From the NCBI GenBank assembly GCA_030324005.1, contig JARDVH010000132.1:91821905-91885904 (forward strand): DNA of 64,000 nucleotides, written 5' to 3'. The notes beneath the pieces are model-generated. The model was not told the origin of the DNA and searched no databases. It worked only from the letters and a program-made list of their open reading frames with translations. The stretch comes from Negaprion brevirostris. Taxonomy: Eukaryota. Below, piece by piece: positions 1 through 12,594 of this stretch. Position 1 is the first letter of the stretch. Every line of letters begins with the position of its first letter. Made by a program: the position numbers and the translations under genes.

Positions 1-2
1 AG

Positions 3-204
3 TATTTTTATTGTCACAAAAGAGGATATTTGATAAAGCAGTGCAGAGCTTTGAGTAATTGTTCAAATAGGATGTTATAAATATACAACGTGGAATAGCT
101 TACCACCTCTGATTCTGGTATTCACTCAGTTAAATCCAAAAACAGGCAGATTGACCCTATTACTGTAATGCTCCAAGTAAATGGGAAGCCTGTGAAGATG
201 CACT
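3..204 (+). mobile_element. Gypsy/Ty3 LTR retrotransposon relic: gag zinc knuckle to start of protease
   Basis: Frame from base 3 reads YFYCHKRGYLIKQCR (a decayed CX2CX4HX4C knuckle), then two stops, then IDPITVMLQVNGKPVKM. The latter resembles the segment just before the D-T-G protease motif, which is missing here. Confidence 0.62.
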
Positions 205-1929
205 TTGCACAACATTGTGGACTTCCCTTGATGCAGGTTTCCCTTTTCCTTCCTTCCCCTATTTGCAATCACCTTTATTTCTTCATTTCCTCAACCACTT
301 CCCTTAAAGCTGAGAACAGTTTCCTGTTGCATGAAATCCAGTTCTTCCATAACATTCCCATGGGCTTGAGAGTTCTGCCTCCAACATGGCAACGAGATCA
401 AGAAGGTAAAACCAATATCATTATGGGCATATCCTGCCTGTGCCATTCTGTGAAGACCAGGCTATCATTCCTCAAGGATGATATGTGGAAAACGAAGGAT
501 TTTGTCACTAACAATTTATGAAACGATTTATTCATAATATACCCACTGCATTGCTCTGCTTTACTTGTGAGTGTATAGTATTTGGGTTCTAGATAGAGCT
601 GAATCAGCTTGAATGTTGAAAAATACAGTTATATGACTGATATGGTGTAAAATTTATTTAAAGCCAAGAGCTGCATAGCTTGCTTTTGTTTAGTAAAAGT
701 GAAATAAAGCAGTGCACTGACACAATAACCACAGTGCAGTTCAAACTCATCTGTGAGTACATAATAAAAATGTGTTACGACATGAACCAACAGAAACATG
801 AAAGGAAAAAAAAGATCAGTCAGCAGCTGTTCTTTGGATGGGAATGTCTGTCACACCAAAGACTTCAAACCAAAATGCTATCTACTAAACTAATTCAGGT
901 TTTTGACAATAAAAATAAATACTAATTATACTACTACTATAGACTACTATTATACTATTAATTATATCAATTATATATTTTGGTAATATTAGCAGTAAAA
1001 TTGAAGTGGTTTTGTTTTATCACTGTTACATTTAGTGTTGTCTGTATGGAGCTCTGAAACAATTATGATCCGATTAAGATTGGCAGAGGAATATGCATGG
1101 ACAGGTCTCTAATTTGCCTTTGTGTGTCAGCATTTTCACATAGTGATTTTGTTAATGCTTCTGGGTCAAAGTGAGTTTGCTTTTCAAGGCAACAGTGCAC
1201 ACACATTTCATAAAATATGCAATGGCCAAGCCAGAGGAGCAACTAATTCACAATGTCAACTTGATCTGCTGTGCAACTGAACCAGCCATTAATTTTTTAT
1301 GGATATGCTAAAAGTTTGTAGCACCTGTTTATGATTGAAGATTGCCTTATTTGTCTTTGATGAAACTTTGATCACTGAACTTTGGATTCCAGACAACCTT
1401 TCAGCAAAATGTAGACTTCAAAAACACCTCCTCATCATCTGATGAATGTCTCTGCCACATTCCAGTGAATGTGCCCTGAGTTTGGGCTGAGCATCGGAAA
1501 CAGATTTGGCCATTTCAGCCAGTCTACAGATTTGGGTATCATGCAGTTTTTAAACTTTCACCATTGGTAAGCTAATATAATACCATTTCACCTTAGAACT
1601 TGTTATGAGAAACAGAATTCTTTTCCTTCTACTCTAATTTTCCTCAAATATTGAATATGTCAAATGGCTTCGATTTTACCCTGTCACAGTGGTATGCCAC
1701 AATGAATACAGTACCCAGAACAAATCCTTGTATGAATCAAATTTGGTTTTGGGTGAATTAGTCCAGGGAGAAATTTGATCCAAGGTGGGATCAAAGTCTT
1801 TGGCCAAAATGGAACCCAAGATCTTAGGCAGGAAGTTGTCATTAAAGGTAAGGAGAGACATGATGGGATAGGATAAGCGAGCATTAAGGTTATTTAGCAT
1901 TGCATAGCAAGATATAGTATTTACAACTC

Positions 1930-2280
1930 ACAAGCCATCTGCCCAACAGAATCATAATCATAATTATGTTTCACCCAGCTTCCTCCCATCCTCTTCTCCC
2001 ACTCTATTCCCATTAGCATGTCCTTTGATTTATTTTATTATATGTTTATTTTGCTTCTCTATGCTAGTCCCCTGAGCTACACACGTTAGTAGCAGATTTC
2101 ACGTTCTAACCACTCCCTAGGTAAAAATATTTATCTCAAGTCCCAACTGTATTTATTAGTGACTATCTTACATTTATGCCTCTTGGTTTGGCCTTAGCCG
2201 CAAGTGACAGCATTACCTTTAAGACAACCATGTTAAATACTTTCAGAATTTTATAGGGCTCGTTCAGGTCAGGTCTTCGA
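1930..2280 (-). mobile_element. Old CR1 LINE 3' fragment
   Basis: tttcacgttctaaccactccctaggtaaaaatattt resembles the reverse complement of the CR1 FFTQRVV..W region; highly diverged. Confidence 0.45.
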
Positions 2281-2979
2281 CAGCAATCTTTTGCCATTGT
2301 TGCCCCAAGCTTCAGAGTGTTTCTCAGCACATAGTCCTGGACCTTGGAATGTTCCCGTCTACAACACCTGGTGAAGAATGACTCCTTGCACTGGAAAACC
2401 AGCAGGCTCCAGGCAGACTAAAGGGTGTCTTTCACTGATTGATGATCCTTCAGCTGCAGTTGGCGTTTATCATGGTGTGCATCCCTGGGAACAGTTTGTA
2501 CAGCTGAAATACAGAGCTGCTCAGTATGAATCTCAACAAAATCCACTGCATCTCACTCCATATTTTCTTTGCAAAGGTACTTTCCCTTGCAACTGCTGCT
2601 TTATTTACCTCAAAGTGCAAGTAAGTGAATCTGCTCCTGCTTCTCCAATCATAGGTAGATTGTCTTATGCTTTTGCTACTGGTTGGCTCACTAAGCCAAG
2701 AGAGACTGCTGGGAGGTGGGGGGAGATCGAGAGGGTCTGGGAGAGGGGGGCATTTGGGGCTGGCCTGGACACATCCAGGAGGCCAGTGATGTAGGATCTC
2801 AGAGCAGGCCAGTGATCGAGCTGGCCCGTGACTGGGAAGCCTGCAGTGTGGGACTACTACACATTTGCCGATTTCGGTGCTAACAGATTGGTGTGCGCGC
2901 AATGGCCCACTCAGCACTATGCTGCCAGCCTCTCGGGCGGGAATAGGCCCCGCTCCCAGTTTTTCATCCTGATTCATGG

Positions 2980-3095
2980 ACGGTGTGGAACTGAGTCACG
3001 ACAGATCAGCCATGATCTTATTGAATGGCGGGGCAGGCTCGAAGGGCTAGATGGCCTACTCCTGCTCCTATTTCTTTTGTTCTTATGTTCTTATG
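2980..3095 (+). mobile_element. CR1 (HER1-like) 3' end, young subfamily
   Basis: cagccatgatcttattgaatggcggggcaggctcgaagggc...ctcctgctcctatt followed by a (ttcttatg)n tail; near-identical to 45585-45660. Confidence 0.85.
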
Positions 3096-3448
3096 TGATG
3101 AACAGAGTGTGGGAGATTTATTTTGACAATCCCTTAAGAAACCAGTGGGATTTACTCTAGTTTTTACTTGAATTCAGCACTTCGAATTTTTTGGGAGAAG
3201 CCTGGCCATAGTGAGAGGTTAGCAGTTGAGAATTGTACCTTGTCTTATTTAGGTATTGTCCAGTTGTTAAATGTTAAGCTAGTTTATTGGCCATTGTTAA
3301 GTAAAATTTATTTTGATAAAAGCTTCCCTGCGTGTCAGTACAAGTTTACCTGGAGAAAAACATCAGATCCTCACATTAATGCCAAAAATTGTTTGGGACT
3401 AGTCTGACTTCATAATATACCCTGGGGTTTCTGATCTGTACCCTAACA
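3094..3448 (+). mobile_element. Probable solo LTR
   Basis: TG...CA termini. The 3' end (ctagtctgacttcataatataccctggggtttctgatc...taaca) resembles 52441-52488. Confidence 0.5.
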
Positions 3449-3929
3449 CTTTGGTCACCATAAGAAACAGGCTAATAACGGAAAAGTTGAAACAAATTTT
3501 CCAGTCCCATCTGCCAAGAGAAGTAAAGACAAATCTTAAAATTCAAGAGGCAGTACCTCTTGAAGCATCAGGCCAGTTTTTGGTCCTTTAGAAGATGGGG
3601 CAACAGGTGTGTAGCCACAAGTAGAGCTAAGCATTCAGCAACTACAAGAAAGATAGCCTACCACTACCACGTGGTGTAATTGCAGTTTTACAAATTTACA
3701 TAAACATAATACATTATGTTTGTGGAAACATGAATTTATAATGGAATTAAATTTACACAAAAAGTGTGACAATAAACAGGACAACATAATCAAGTGGTGC
3801 AGATAGGGAGTGTGTGCATATGTATAATTTTAAATAAGTCTGTAATTGATCTTCCATAGCATTGTGCATACAAAATCAAGACCAAGTACACTGTTCAGAT
3901 CAAACAGGCTCAGAGCGCATGGGACAAGT

Positions 3930-4360
3930 GGATTAAGAAAGGAGAAAGGTGAATATGCAAATGAGAAGATTGGAGATAAGAAGAGGAGGGTAAGAGGAGT
4001 TCCAGGGACAAGAAGAAAGGAAGAGGAGTGGAGGAAAAGAGGAGGAGAGATGATGTATAAAGGAAGGAAAGGATGAATGGTGCAGAAAGCTATAGAAGCA
4101 TAAAATCCCTACAGTACAGAAGGAGGCCATTAGGCTCATAGAGTGTACCGACAACAATCTCACCTATATAGGTGAAGGAGATGATTAATTGAGAGACAGA
4201 GGGATGAATGGGTGGTTGGAAGTGTGAAGAAAAAAGGAGAGGTGGTAAAGAGAAGAGGAAGAGAATGCAGAATGGCTACAGAGAATGGGAGAGGGGCAAA
4301 GTGAGAAAGGAAACAGTGGTAAGAGAAAAGAGGATGGAAATAGGGAAGTGAGAGTTTTGG
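3930..4360 (+). repeat. Purine (GA)-rich low-complexity tract with an HE1 SINE tail (minus strand, about 4090-4165) inserted
   Basis: Strong A/G bias; ccctacagtacagaaggaggccatt matches the other HE1 tails in the window. Confidence 0.7.
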
Positions 4361-4384
4361 GATGATCTAACAATCTGTTGGAAT

Positions 4385-4690
4385 TTTTAAAATCAATTTA
4401 CAGGATGTGGGAGTCACTGGCTAGGCCAGCATTTATTGCCCATCCCTAATTGCACTTGAGAAGGTGGTGATGAGCTTACTTCTTGAACTGCTGCAATCCC
4501 TCCAGTGTCAGTACACTCACAGTGCTGTTAGGAAGGGAGTTCCAGGATTTTGACCCAGCGACAGTGAAGGAATGGCCGATATATCTCCAAGTCAGGATAG
4601 TGAGTGAGTGTATCTGCTGCCCTTGTCCTTCTGGATGGAAGTGTTTGGGGGTTTGGAAGGTGCTGTCGAAGAAACTTTGAGTTGTTGCAG
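4385..4690 (-). mobile_element. 3' end of the LINE family seen at 31167-34242
   Basis: Reverse complement matches about 33930-34240 (tcaaaatcctggaactccct...ttcaagaag...ctcaag.gcaattagggatgggcaataaatgctggcc). Confidence 0.85.
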
Positions 4691-4719
4691 TGGATTTTGT
4701 CATTCAGCCAAGACCAGTT

Positions 4720-5090
4720 TCCCTTCACCAGCACATACATAAAAGCCAAAAGAGTAAGTAGGGAGAAAGTAAGGCCTCTTCAAAATCAACAAGGTCATCT
4801 ATGTGTGAATGGGTTATCCACAAGAGATGGGCCACATCCTATTTTTCCATGAGTATTTACTGTTGAGAAAAGCATGGATATTAGGGGAAATAAATATGGT
4901 GTCTTGGAGTGTACATATTACAGACGTGGTAGTGCTGGAAGTCTTAAAGCACATCAAGCAAGATAAATCCTCAGGACCTGATGATGCGTATCCCAGGACA
5001 TTGTGGGTGGATACAGAGAAAATTGCAGGTCCCCTGGCTGAGATGTTTGAGTACTGGAGAGCCTGTTTCCATGCTGTAAACCTCAATGAC
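4720..5090 (+). mobile_element. CR1 ORF2 fragment joined directly to its 3' tail (internal deletion)
   Basis: Translates to YIKAKRVSREKVRPLQNQQGHLCV and LKHIKQDKSSGPDDAYPRTLW...EKIAGPLAEMF, then gagcctgtttccatgctgtaaacctcaatgac. Confidence 0.8.
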
Positions 5091-5099
5091 AGCCTTTAC

Positions 5100-6290
5100 T
5101 GAGGATTGAAGGAAAGGTGGCTCATGAGGCTTCCAGTCAGGTCCTCTTCACCTCGGGATCTACAACACTGGGCAAAGGTGCAGGCTCCGAAACCCCCATT
5201 GGCTGCTTCCCATTGGGTAAACCTCTGCTCACTCAAAAGCAGGCCATACCCCATGGATCCCACAGGGAGATCTACTGATGATCCCCTGTGACCTTCTTGG
5301 TCATCATAACAGGTTGGATTTGGAGAAGCTCCAATAGATTGTACAGTGGCTTTTTGCCATTTTATGCTTTGCATTCCCAATGCACAGGGTGCCTTCCACA
5401 TTACCTTCCACCTCAAGGCCCATATCTATCATTGTTCACAATGACCTGAAGATCCAGACCCACTTTGAGCAGATAGTCAGTGTTCATCTTAGTTGTACAT
5501 TCATCCATGCAGGATTCATTGCACAAGAGCCTCAACCAGCTGACAGTACGTTCAAACACAAGCAATGGGCTGTTATCCCACCTGGCTAAACAAGAGGCAT
5601 CACAGCCAAAAACCAGGGACCTACACAAAAAAAACTCAGCATCCTGGAGCCTCTATGAGAATGGGCCAAGCCAATGTCATGAAAACATGGACGTTACTGT
5701 CACAAACACAGCACATCTGGACTTGACAGGCACCCAACATCAGGTTAAACACAGCACACACCATCAGCAATCACAACTTGTTACGCGCCACTAGAATTCA
5801 TGGAAAGAGACAGTACAAAGGAAGCCATACAGCCCCGACCATCCATGCCAGCTCTTTCAAAAGAGCGATCCAATATATTTTCCCAACACCCTGTAAATTG
5901 CTGACAGGAAGGATGAAACCTCCAGTCTTTCTTCTGACTCAAGACTTTATGGTCACTTGACAGAGGTGCTGGACTTAAATCAAGGCCAAATAGCTAGCTC
6001 ACAACATGAAGTGGTACAGGCTCCAACTAGCCCTGGAGCTCAATCCCTCTCCCTCACTCATACACAATCAGCAAGGTCCCGGCTCCCACCTTTGCCAGAC
6101 AGCTGATGCCCAGGTCATACCATCTGGGCTCCTGCAGTTCATCTTGGTTCACGTCTCCCTGACCCCAAGGACAAGATGACCGGGAGATGCTGTTGGGGGA
6201 TCAGAAGAGGGTCCCATGTGGTTACACCACTCCCCCACCCTACCCGCCCAATTTTCTTTTCCCTCCCCACCCATCTGGCAACGTCCAGAT
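5100..6290. mobile_element. Possible highly decayed PIF/Harbinger-derived segment
   Basis: Weak minus-strand resemblance to the transposase (VQ..VCD near 5700) and GC composition like the other Harbinger relics; not securely alignable by eye. Confidence 0.3.
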
Positions 6291-6545
6291 CATTTAAAGG
6301 TTCGATCCTTTAAAAACAGAGATGAGGGGGAATTTCTTCAGCCAGAGAGAGTGGTGAATCCGTGGAACTCTTTACCGCAGAAGGCTGTGGAGGCCGGGTC
6401 ATGGAGTGTCTTTAAGAGATAGGTTCTTGATTCAGAAGGGGATCGGGGAGTTATGGGGAAAAAGGCAGGAGAATGGAGATGAGAAAAGTATTAGCCACAG
6501 TTGAGTGGCAGAGCAGATTCGATGGGCCGAGTGGCTACTTCTGTG
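6290..6545 (+). mobile_element. CR1 3' fragment
   Basis: gagatgagggggaatttcttcagccagagagagtggtgaatccgtggaactctttaccgcagaaggctgtggagg (RVVNPWNSLPQKAVEA); close to 16433-16690. Confidence 0.85.
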
Positions 6546-7027
6546 TCTCAGGGTCCTTNNNNNNNNNNNNNNNNNNNNNNNNNNNNNNNNNNNNNNNNNN
6601 NNNNNNNNNNNNNNNNNNNNNNNNNNNNNNNNNNNNNNNNNNNNNNNNNNNNNNNNNNCAAGAGAGACTGCTGGGAGGTGGGGGGATTATTCTCAACAAA
6701 GCTGAAATGCAAATTATAGTGACTATTCACTGGTGCCAGTAAACTGAAGCTTAACAATATCCCCTTGTTCTGCTCCAGTCTCCTCCACTAGAAATTTGTT
6801 GAGACTTCTGAATGGATGGCCCAGGTGCCACGTGTGTTAAGTGAAGCAAAAGGGGCTAAGTTTTAAGGATAGATTGCCAAGGCTACACTTGTATTCTCTT
6901 GAGTTATAGAATGGTAAGGCGTGATCTAACTGAGGTTTTTAAAATTATTTAAGGATTTGATAGACTAAACAGTGAGAAATGCTCTGGTGGCAAATCCAGA
7001 ACAACAGCACATAACCATTAAATTGGA

Positions 7028-8026
7028 TAAAAGCAAAGTACTGTGAATGCTGAAATAAAAACAGAAAATGCTGGAAAAGTTCAGCAAGTTTGGCAGCATC
7101 TATGGATAGAGAAAATGAGTTAACTTTCTGGGTGGAATTCTCCCATCTGGAACCAAGTCCCATAATTTCCTCTGTGGAGACCAATATCTTCCATCCATGG
7201 CATAAATCAATTATACCTTTGGGGGTTTCTGTGGTGGTGTGGGTTTGATGGCAGGTGTCCCAATTCTGCACATATTGAAAAGCTGCCCAATATCACTGAC
7301 CCACCTTTTAAAAAAGATGAAGGATTAAGATGTTGGTCTCAAACTCTGGAGGCAGCCCCAGGCCTTCTTCAGATAAGTCCCAAGTTTTGCATGCTATATT
7401 GGTCCAGATATATTCTGGGTAGGTATGTTCTCCAGCTGGTGCCATGGAGAATCCTGCATGGGGGGGCATGGTGGTGGGAATGTTTCTGGTCAAGCTGTCA
7501 TTCACATCCCATTAGTAGGATACAAATCGATTTCAAGCTGGCATCCAATGAGATTCCCAATCTGTCATGGCGGGCACCATTGGAAGGTCAGAGTTTAACA
7601 ACTCGGGACTATGAAGCCTGTCTTGATCTTTTTTCCCAATCTCCTCCCCCACAGGGCCATTCTCTAACTTGTCCTTATGTTTTGCTTTCACAGAGCCCTA
7701 ACCCTTGTTCTGCTACTAACACATTCTGCTATCTGACCTTTATGCCACTTCTGGTACCTGCCTTAGTCTTTATCAGTATCATTATCAGTTCCTATGTCTT
7801 GTGTCCATGACATCTTTATCAAATCTTTCCTGATGTCCTTCTTATCCCTGAGCTTCTATGTTGCTCCACCTGCACCATTCTTTCTCTTCAACAGTGTAAA
7901 ACCCATCACATTTCTACCTCTCCAGCTCTGAACAAGAGGAATGTGGACACAAAACATTAATTCTGTTTTTCTCTCAACAGATGCTGTCATACCTGCTGAA
8001 TTTTCCCAGAATTTTCTGTTCTTATT
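7028..8026. mobile_element. Penelope-like element termini in inverted arrangement (minus 7028-7130, plus about 7600-8026)
   Basis: aaaacagaaaatgctggaaaagttcagcaagtttggcagcatct is an imperfect inverse of agatgctgtcatacctgctgaattttcccagaattttctgttc; homologous to 40475-41055. Confidence 0.65.
7131..7590. mobile_element. Non-autonomous Harbinger-type element (MITE-like)
   Basis: Starts gggtggaattctccc, the terminal motif shared with the other MITEs in the window. Confidence 0.45.
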
Positions 8027-8289
8027 ACCTTAAAATTGGAGCTAGGCCATTCAGGAGTGATAGTAATGGAAACCTGGAACTTACCTCTCAAAAAACTGTT
8101 AAAGCTGAGTCAATTGAAAATTTCAAAACTGAGATCAATTGATTTTTGTTGGGTATAGGTATTAAAAGAGTTGGAATCAAGGTGGGTAAATGGAGTTAAG
8201 ATACCAGCTGACCATGATTTAACAGACCCAAGATGGTTTATCCCTGTTCCTATGTTCCAAAGCAGGAGCCTACATGGGGTCTTACGAGA

Positions 8290-8610
8290 TACAAAGAACA
8301 ACGAACAAAGAACAACACAGCACAGGAAACAGGCCCTTCGGCCCTACAAGCCCATGCCGCCCATTTTAACACCCAGTGAGTGCCTTATTCCAATCCTTCT
8401 TCTGCCTATGACTTTTGTCTACGCCTCTTGGACTCCACAATAAGGAGGTGCAAATTTAGAGAATTATATGTGCATCAGATTAAGGGAGGTCTAATTTAGG
8501 GACAATCTATTAACACCAATCAGCCTAAAAGCACGTTTTTGGGGTGTGGGAGGAAAACGGAGCATCTGGAGAAAACCCACACAAGCACGTGGAGAATGTG
8601 CAAACTCCCC
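8290..8610 (-). mobile_element. CR1 tail (8290-8400) and partial HE1 SINE (about 8490-8610)
   Basis: (acaaaga)n...acaggcccttcggccc; tgtgggaggaaaacggagcatctggagaaaacccac...gagaatgtgcaaactcc. Confidence 0.7.
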
Positions 8611-9299
8611 CAGTCAGCACAATGTATATCATATGTATACTACCCATTGGTACCAAGGATTTAGCTACATAAGCAGTGATCCAGGAGAGACCACTCCAAA
8701 ACCAGGTAGGTTTCTGTTTTCTTTAAATCTTCCAGCCTACTGCTGATCCATGTATGACCCTTGCCTCCCCTTCCTTAAGATTGACTTTCAAGTTTGACTC
8801 TGTGTCAAGTACTTTAGGCTGATTCAGCACATGTAGTTTGTCAGTAGCAAGCAAACAGGACCTAGCCCTCAAGATGGTTCAGACTTTACAATAAACATTT
8901 TGTATGGATAATGCAAGCCTAAGGTCCAGTCAAATGGAAATCACTCCCAAAAAGTGGGAAAGGTTTCAGCTTCTCTAAACACTGACACTTGATGGTTACA
9001 AAAAGTAGAAAAATACTTTTTTGAGAACTAAATTAATGCATAGAACTTGCACCAGTTTATGAGGAAATGAAGTGTATGCCCTCTAAATAATGTTGCAATT
9101 ACACTGCTCCAAATGGTGCAATGTTTCAATTGCCCAGGGATGGTTAGACTATGTGCTTTCATCTCTGAAAGAAGGGAGAGTACCATACATATATATTCAA
9201 ACACAATCACAGAGTCCTTGTTACTGATCTCTACATTTATAATGATGACCATAAAGAAGCCTGTGCCTCATAGTTCAAATTCTTGAAAGGGGAGTGATA

Positions 9300-9620
9300 C
9301 TTTATGGTCATTCTTTGCTTGAGCACAGTGGTCTTAAGACCAAGCCTGCAACCACTGATGATAGAACTATCATCTGAGAGATGTTTGTGCTGTGATTCTG
9401 AGCACTGATAGGCTATTCAACTATTAAGAGAAGCAGGAAAGATGAGGAGGGGCATTAAAGCCAAGCCTATAGCAATGAGAGGCAGAAGCTATTTCTGTGT
9501 TTGACCGTCCCTAGCCTGAAGGGCTCTTAAGTTAATTACAGCGACACAGACCAGGCTTGAACTGGGGGTGTTCTGGGAGTGAAATTAGCCAATGCCAATA
9601 ATGCAGTATGGGCTGACAGT
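9300..9620 (-). mobile_element. Ancient LF-SINE-like fragment
   Basis: gagcactgataggctattcaact...gggcattaaagccaagcc resembles the recalled reverse complement of the LF-SINE-type body; heavily decayed. Confidence 0.35.
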
Positions 9621-9849
9621 GAATCACATCCCATTTTACACCAGGCAAAGGGAGGCAATGGAAAAGAAAACAAGGAGCTAATCCATTATTCTCTGTTTTG
9701 CGTGTCTACTGTACACCAGCTGCATCTAAACATACTCTACATGGCTAAGCAATTTTGTAAGAAGGACACGTGCTGATTTGCAATGTCATTAATTTAGAAA
9801 ACAAAATTGTGCTGGAAACACCTAAGTAGCCACTGTGGCAAGAGAAATT

Positions 9850-10710
9850 GAGGCTCAGATTTTTGTGTGGGGACAGGGGGTGGGGGAGTCATGAGATTTC
9901 CTAGCTTAACGAACTTGATCTTTAAAAATGGCTGCCCACAGCTCAGATTTTAAATCGAGGAGAATAAGCTGAAATGGGAAATGGGCAACCTCAAAATGAA
10001 TACAGTGGCTGCAGGGCGTAGAGGCAGGCTGGGTGGATTGCTTGCCTTTCTGTTCTGGCATAGTGTTTTAATACACTAAATAACCCGCCATTCCTTATTG
10101 CTCAACCCTCTTTCTTCTCTCTACATACCCCCAATGCCCCATCCATATCCCCGTCTACTACATGGACCTCACAGCCTCAAAGCCAATTTATATCCCTCAG
10201 CACCCCCATGGCCCCCCATATTCCCCCGATGCCAAATATGCTCCTCCACCCAGCCCCAAATATGCCCCATACTCCTTATACCAACATGAAACCAACTCAT
10301 GTCCCTCACACACCACCCTTTGCCTTTACCCCCTCCATGCCAATTCACTAAATATCCTTGGGAACTTTCTGGACAGCTATTATAGCTTCAAAATTTCCTG
10401 GACAGCTTTGGCAGTTCCTTGACAGCTGGACAGTTTGTAAAACACGCATAATCATGTTCAATTCTAACAATCTGAAAGGGTGCCTTACCTCCCCCAAAGG
10501 ATGCTTTACCTCACCAAAAAGTGTCCCGGGACCCTATCTGGTAGTGAAATTGGTCAATGTCAAAGGGTACTGTACCTCTTTAATGATGTACACTGGCTAT
10601 CCAAAAAATCTACCAAGTTTAGATCTCCTCTTTCCCGGTCTACCCTGTGCACTCAGGATTCACATAGCTGGGATTCAAAAACCCATGGTCAGCGGAGACA
10701 GATGGTGATT
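9850..10710. mobile_element. Probable non-autonomous Harbinger-type element
   Basis: Starts with ggctcagattttt (TIR-like). C-rich internal tract like those at 37375-37800 and 58156-58440. Confidence 0.35.
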
Positions 10711-10711
10711 T

Positions 10712-11564
10712 TAATTTGATTTATTATTGTCACATATATTAGTATATAGTAAAAGTATTATTTCTTCCACGCTATAAAGACAAAGTATACCTTACATAGA
10801 GCAGGAAAGGAGTGGGTGCATAATGTAGTGTTGCATTCATTGCTAAGGTGTAAACAAAGATCAACTTAATATAAGGTAGGTCCCTTCAAAAGTCTGATGG
10901 CAGCGGGGAAGAAGCTGTTCTTGAATCAGTTGGTACGTGACCTCAGACTTTTGTATCTTTATGCTGGCTGCTTTTCTATGGCATCAGGAAATGTAGACAG
11001 AGTCAATGGATGGAAGACTGGCTTGTGTGATGGATTGGGCTTCATTCAGGACCCTCTGTATTTTCTTGCGGTCTTGAACAGAGCAGGAGCCATATCAAGT
11101 TGTGCTACACCCATGAAGGATGCTTTTCACGGTGCATCTGTGAAAGTGGTGAGACTTGTAGCGGACATGCCAAATTTCCTTAGCTTCCTGAGAAAGTAGA
11201 GGCATTGTTGAGCTTTCTTAACTATAGCATTGGCATAGAGGGACTAGGGCAGGGTGTTGGTGATCTGGTCACTTAGAAACCTAAAGCTCTTAACCATTTC
11301 CATTTCATTCCCATTGATGTAGACAGGGGCATGTCTAGCCAATGACTAGCTCCTTCATTTTACTAATATTGAGAGAGATATTGTCATCACATCAGTTCAC
11401 CAGATTCTCTATCTCATTCCTGTACTTAGTCTCATCATTGTTTGAGATCAGCCCCACTATGTGTCATCAGCAAACTTGAAAATCAAGTTGGAGGGGAATT
11501 TGGCCACACAGGCATAGGTGTGCAAGGAGCATAGTGAGGGGCTGAGGACACAGTCTTGTGGGGC
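10712..11564 (-). mobile_element. Rex1/Babar-clade LINE, RT to 3' end
   Basis: Reverse strand has APQDCVLSPSLCSL and KFADDT (tgtcatcagcaaactt). Tail ...gtgacaataataaatcaaat matches 46415-46567; same family as 43505-44305. Confidence 0.8.
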
Positions 11565-11664
11565 NNNNNNNNNNNNNNNNNNNNNNNNNNNNNNNNNNNN
11601 NNNNNNNNNNNNNNNNNNNNNNNNNNNNNNNNNNNNNNNNNNNNNNNNNNNNNNNNNNNNNNNN

Positions 11665-11737
11665 AACTGGTCGGCGCAACATCGTGGGCCGAAGGGCCTG
11701 TTCTGCGCTGTAATGTTCTATGTTCTATGTTCTATGT
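11665..11737 (+). mobile_element. CR1 3' tail, very young subfamily
   Basis: gcaacatcgtgggccgaagggcctgttctgcgctgtaatg(ttctatg)3; identical to the reverse complement of about 42850-42910. Confidence 0.88.
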
Positions 11738-11739
11738 AA

Positions 11740-12080
11740 ACCAAGACAGATGCTCTTGAGACATGGTCTTAAATCTCACCATGACAGCTGGTGGAATTTA
11801 AGCTGGAATATAAAACTAGTGTAAGCAATGGTGACCATGACAATTATCATTGTTTGTTATAAAAACCTATCAGGTTCGCTCATGTCCTTTGGGGAAGTAA
11901 ATCTACCATCCTTACTGTGTCTGGATTACATGTAACACCAGATCCACAGAAATGCAGTTGACTCTGAATTACCCTCTGAAATGGCCAAGCAAGCCACTCA
12001 GTTCAAGGCTAATTAAGGATGGGCAACAAATGCTGGCTTTGCCAGGAATGTCCACATCCCACGACAGGATATATTTTTAA
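11740..12080 (+). mobile_element. SINE sharing the 5' and 3' ends of the 31167-34242 LINE (head truncated)
   Basis: Body aligns to 31215-31482; tail aligns to 34171-34235. Confidence 0.8.
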
Positions 12081-12594
12081 AAATCATTTTTTTTTACAAT
12101 TGCTGCCTGGAGTGATAGCAATAGAGGTGGGTCCATGCCCGTACTATACCAGTAATGAAAACCCTCTGTAACGACAATGGGCTAGAAATTGCTGTTGCCA
12201 ATGTTAACAGACAAGAAACTAATACATTTCTCTCTTTGATATTTTGATAGGTGTGATTATCCAAAATTGCTAAAATCACATATCTGTCTATATTGGTATA
12301 GTGTCTATCTTTATAGCTTTAATGGTAAGTTTTCACTACCAGTGGTTGGAGTTTTCTAACTGAAAGGGCGGTCCCGCGTTCATTATCCATTTCAAACAGC
12401 ATGTGAGACTACAGGATGTCACACCCCACTTCAATGGAGACCGTCATCTTTCATTATGAAGCCAATGTGAGAACTGCTGAGAGCTGGACTAATAGATTGG
12501 CATGGAAGCACTGCAATCACTACTTATCTTTGTGAAGGACCTGAAATAGTACATAAGTATTGCCAGCGGAGATATCCATCTCCATTATTTCACT

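Larger units (their letters stand above)
6855..8260 (+). mobile_element. CR1 3' fragment split by a Penelope insertion (CR1 parts about 6855-7027 and 8027-8260)
   Basis: CR1 sequence stops at accattaaattgga (7014-7027) and resumes at accttaaaattgga (8027-8040). Confidence 0.65.

Noticed and set aside
2450-2977. 175-aa minus-strand ORF
   Set aside because: It crosses from a GC-rich repeat into unrelated sequence at a suspect junction and has no recognisable domain.
12251-12324. Plus-strand 74-nt exon candidate (tag|...|gtaagt)
   Set aside because: It is isolated; one frame is open but unrecognisable, and I found no partner exons.
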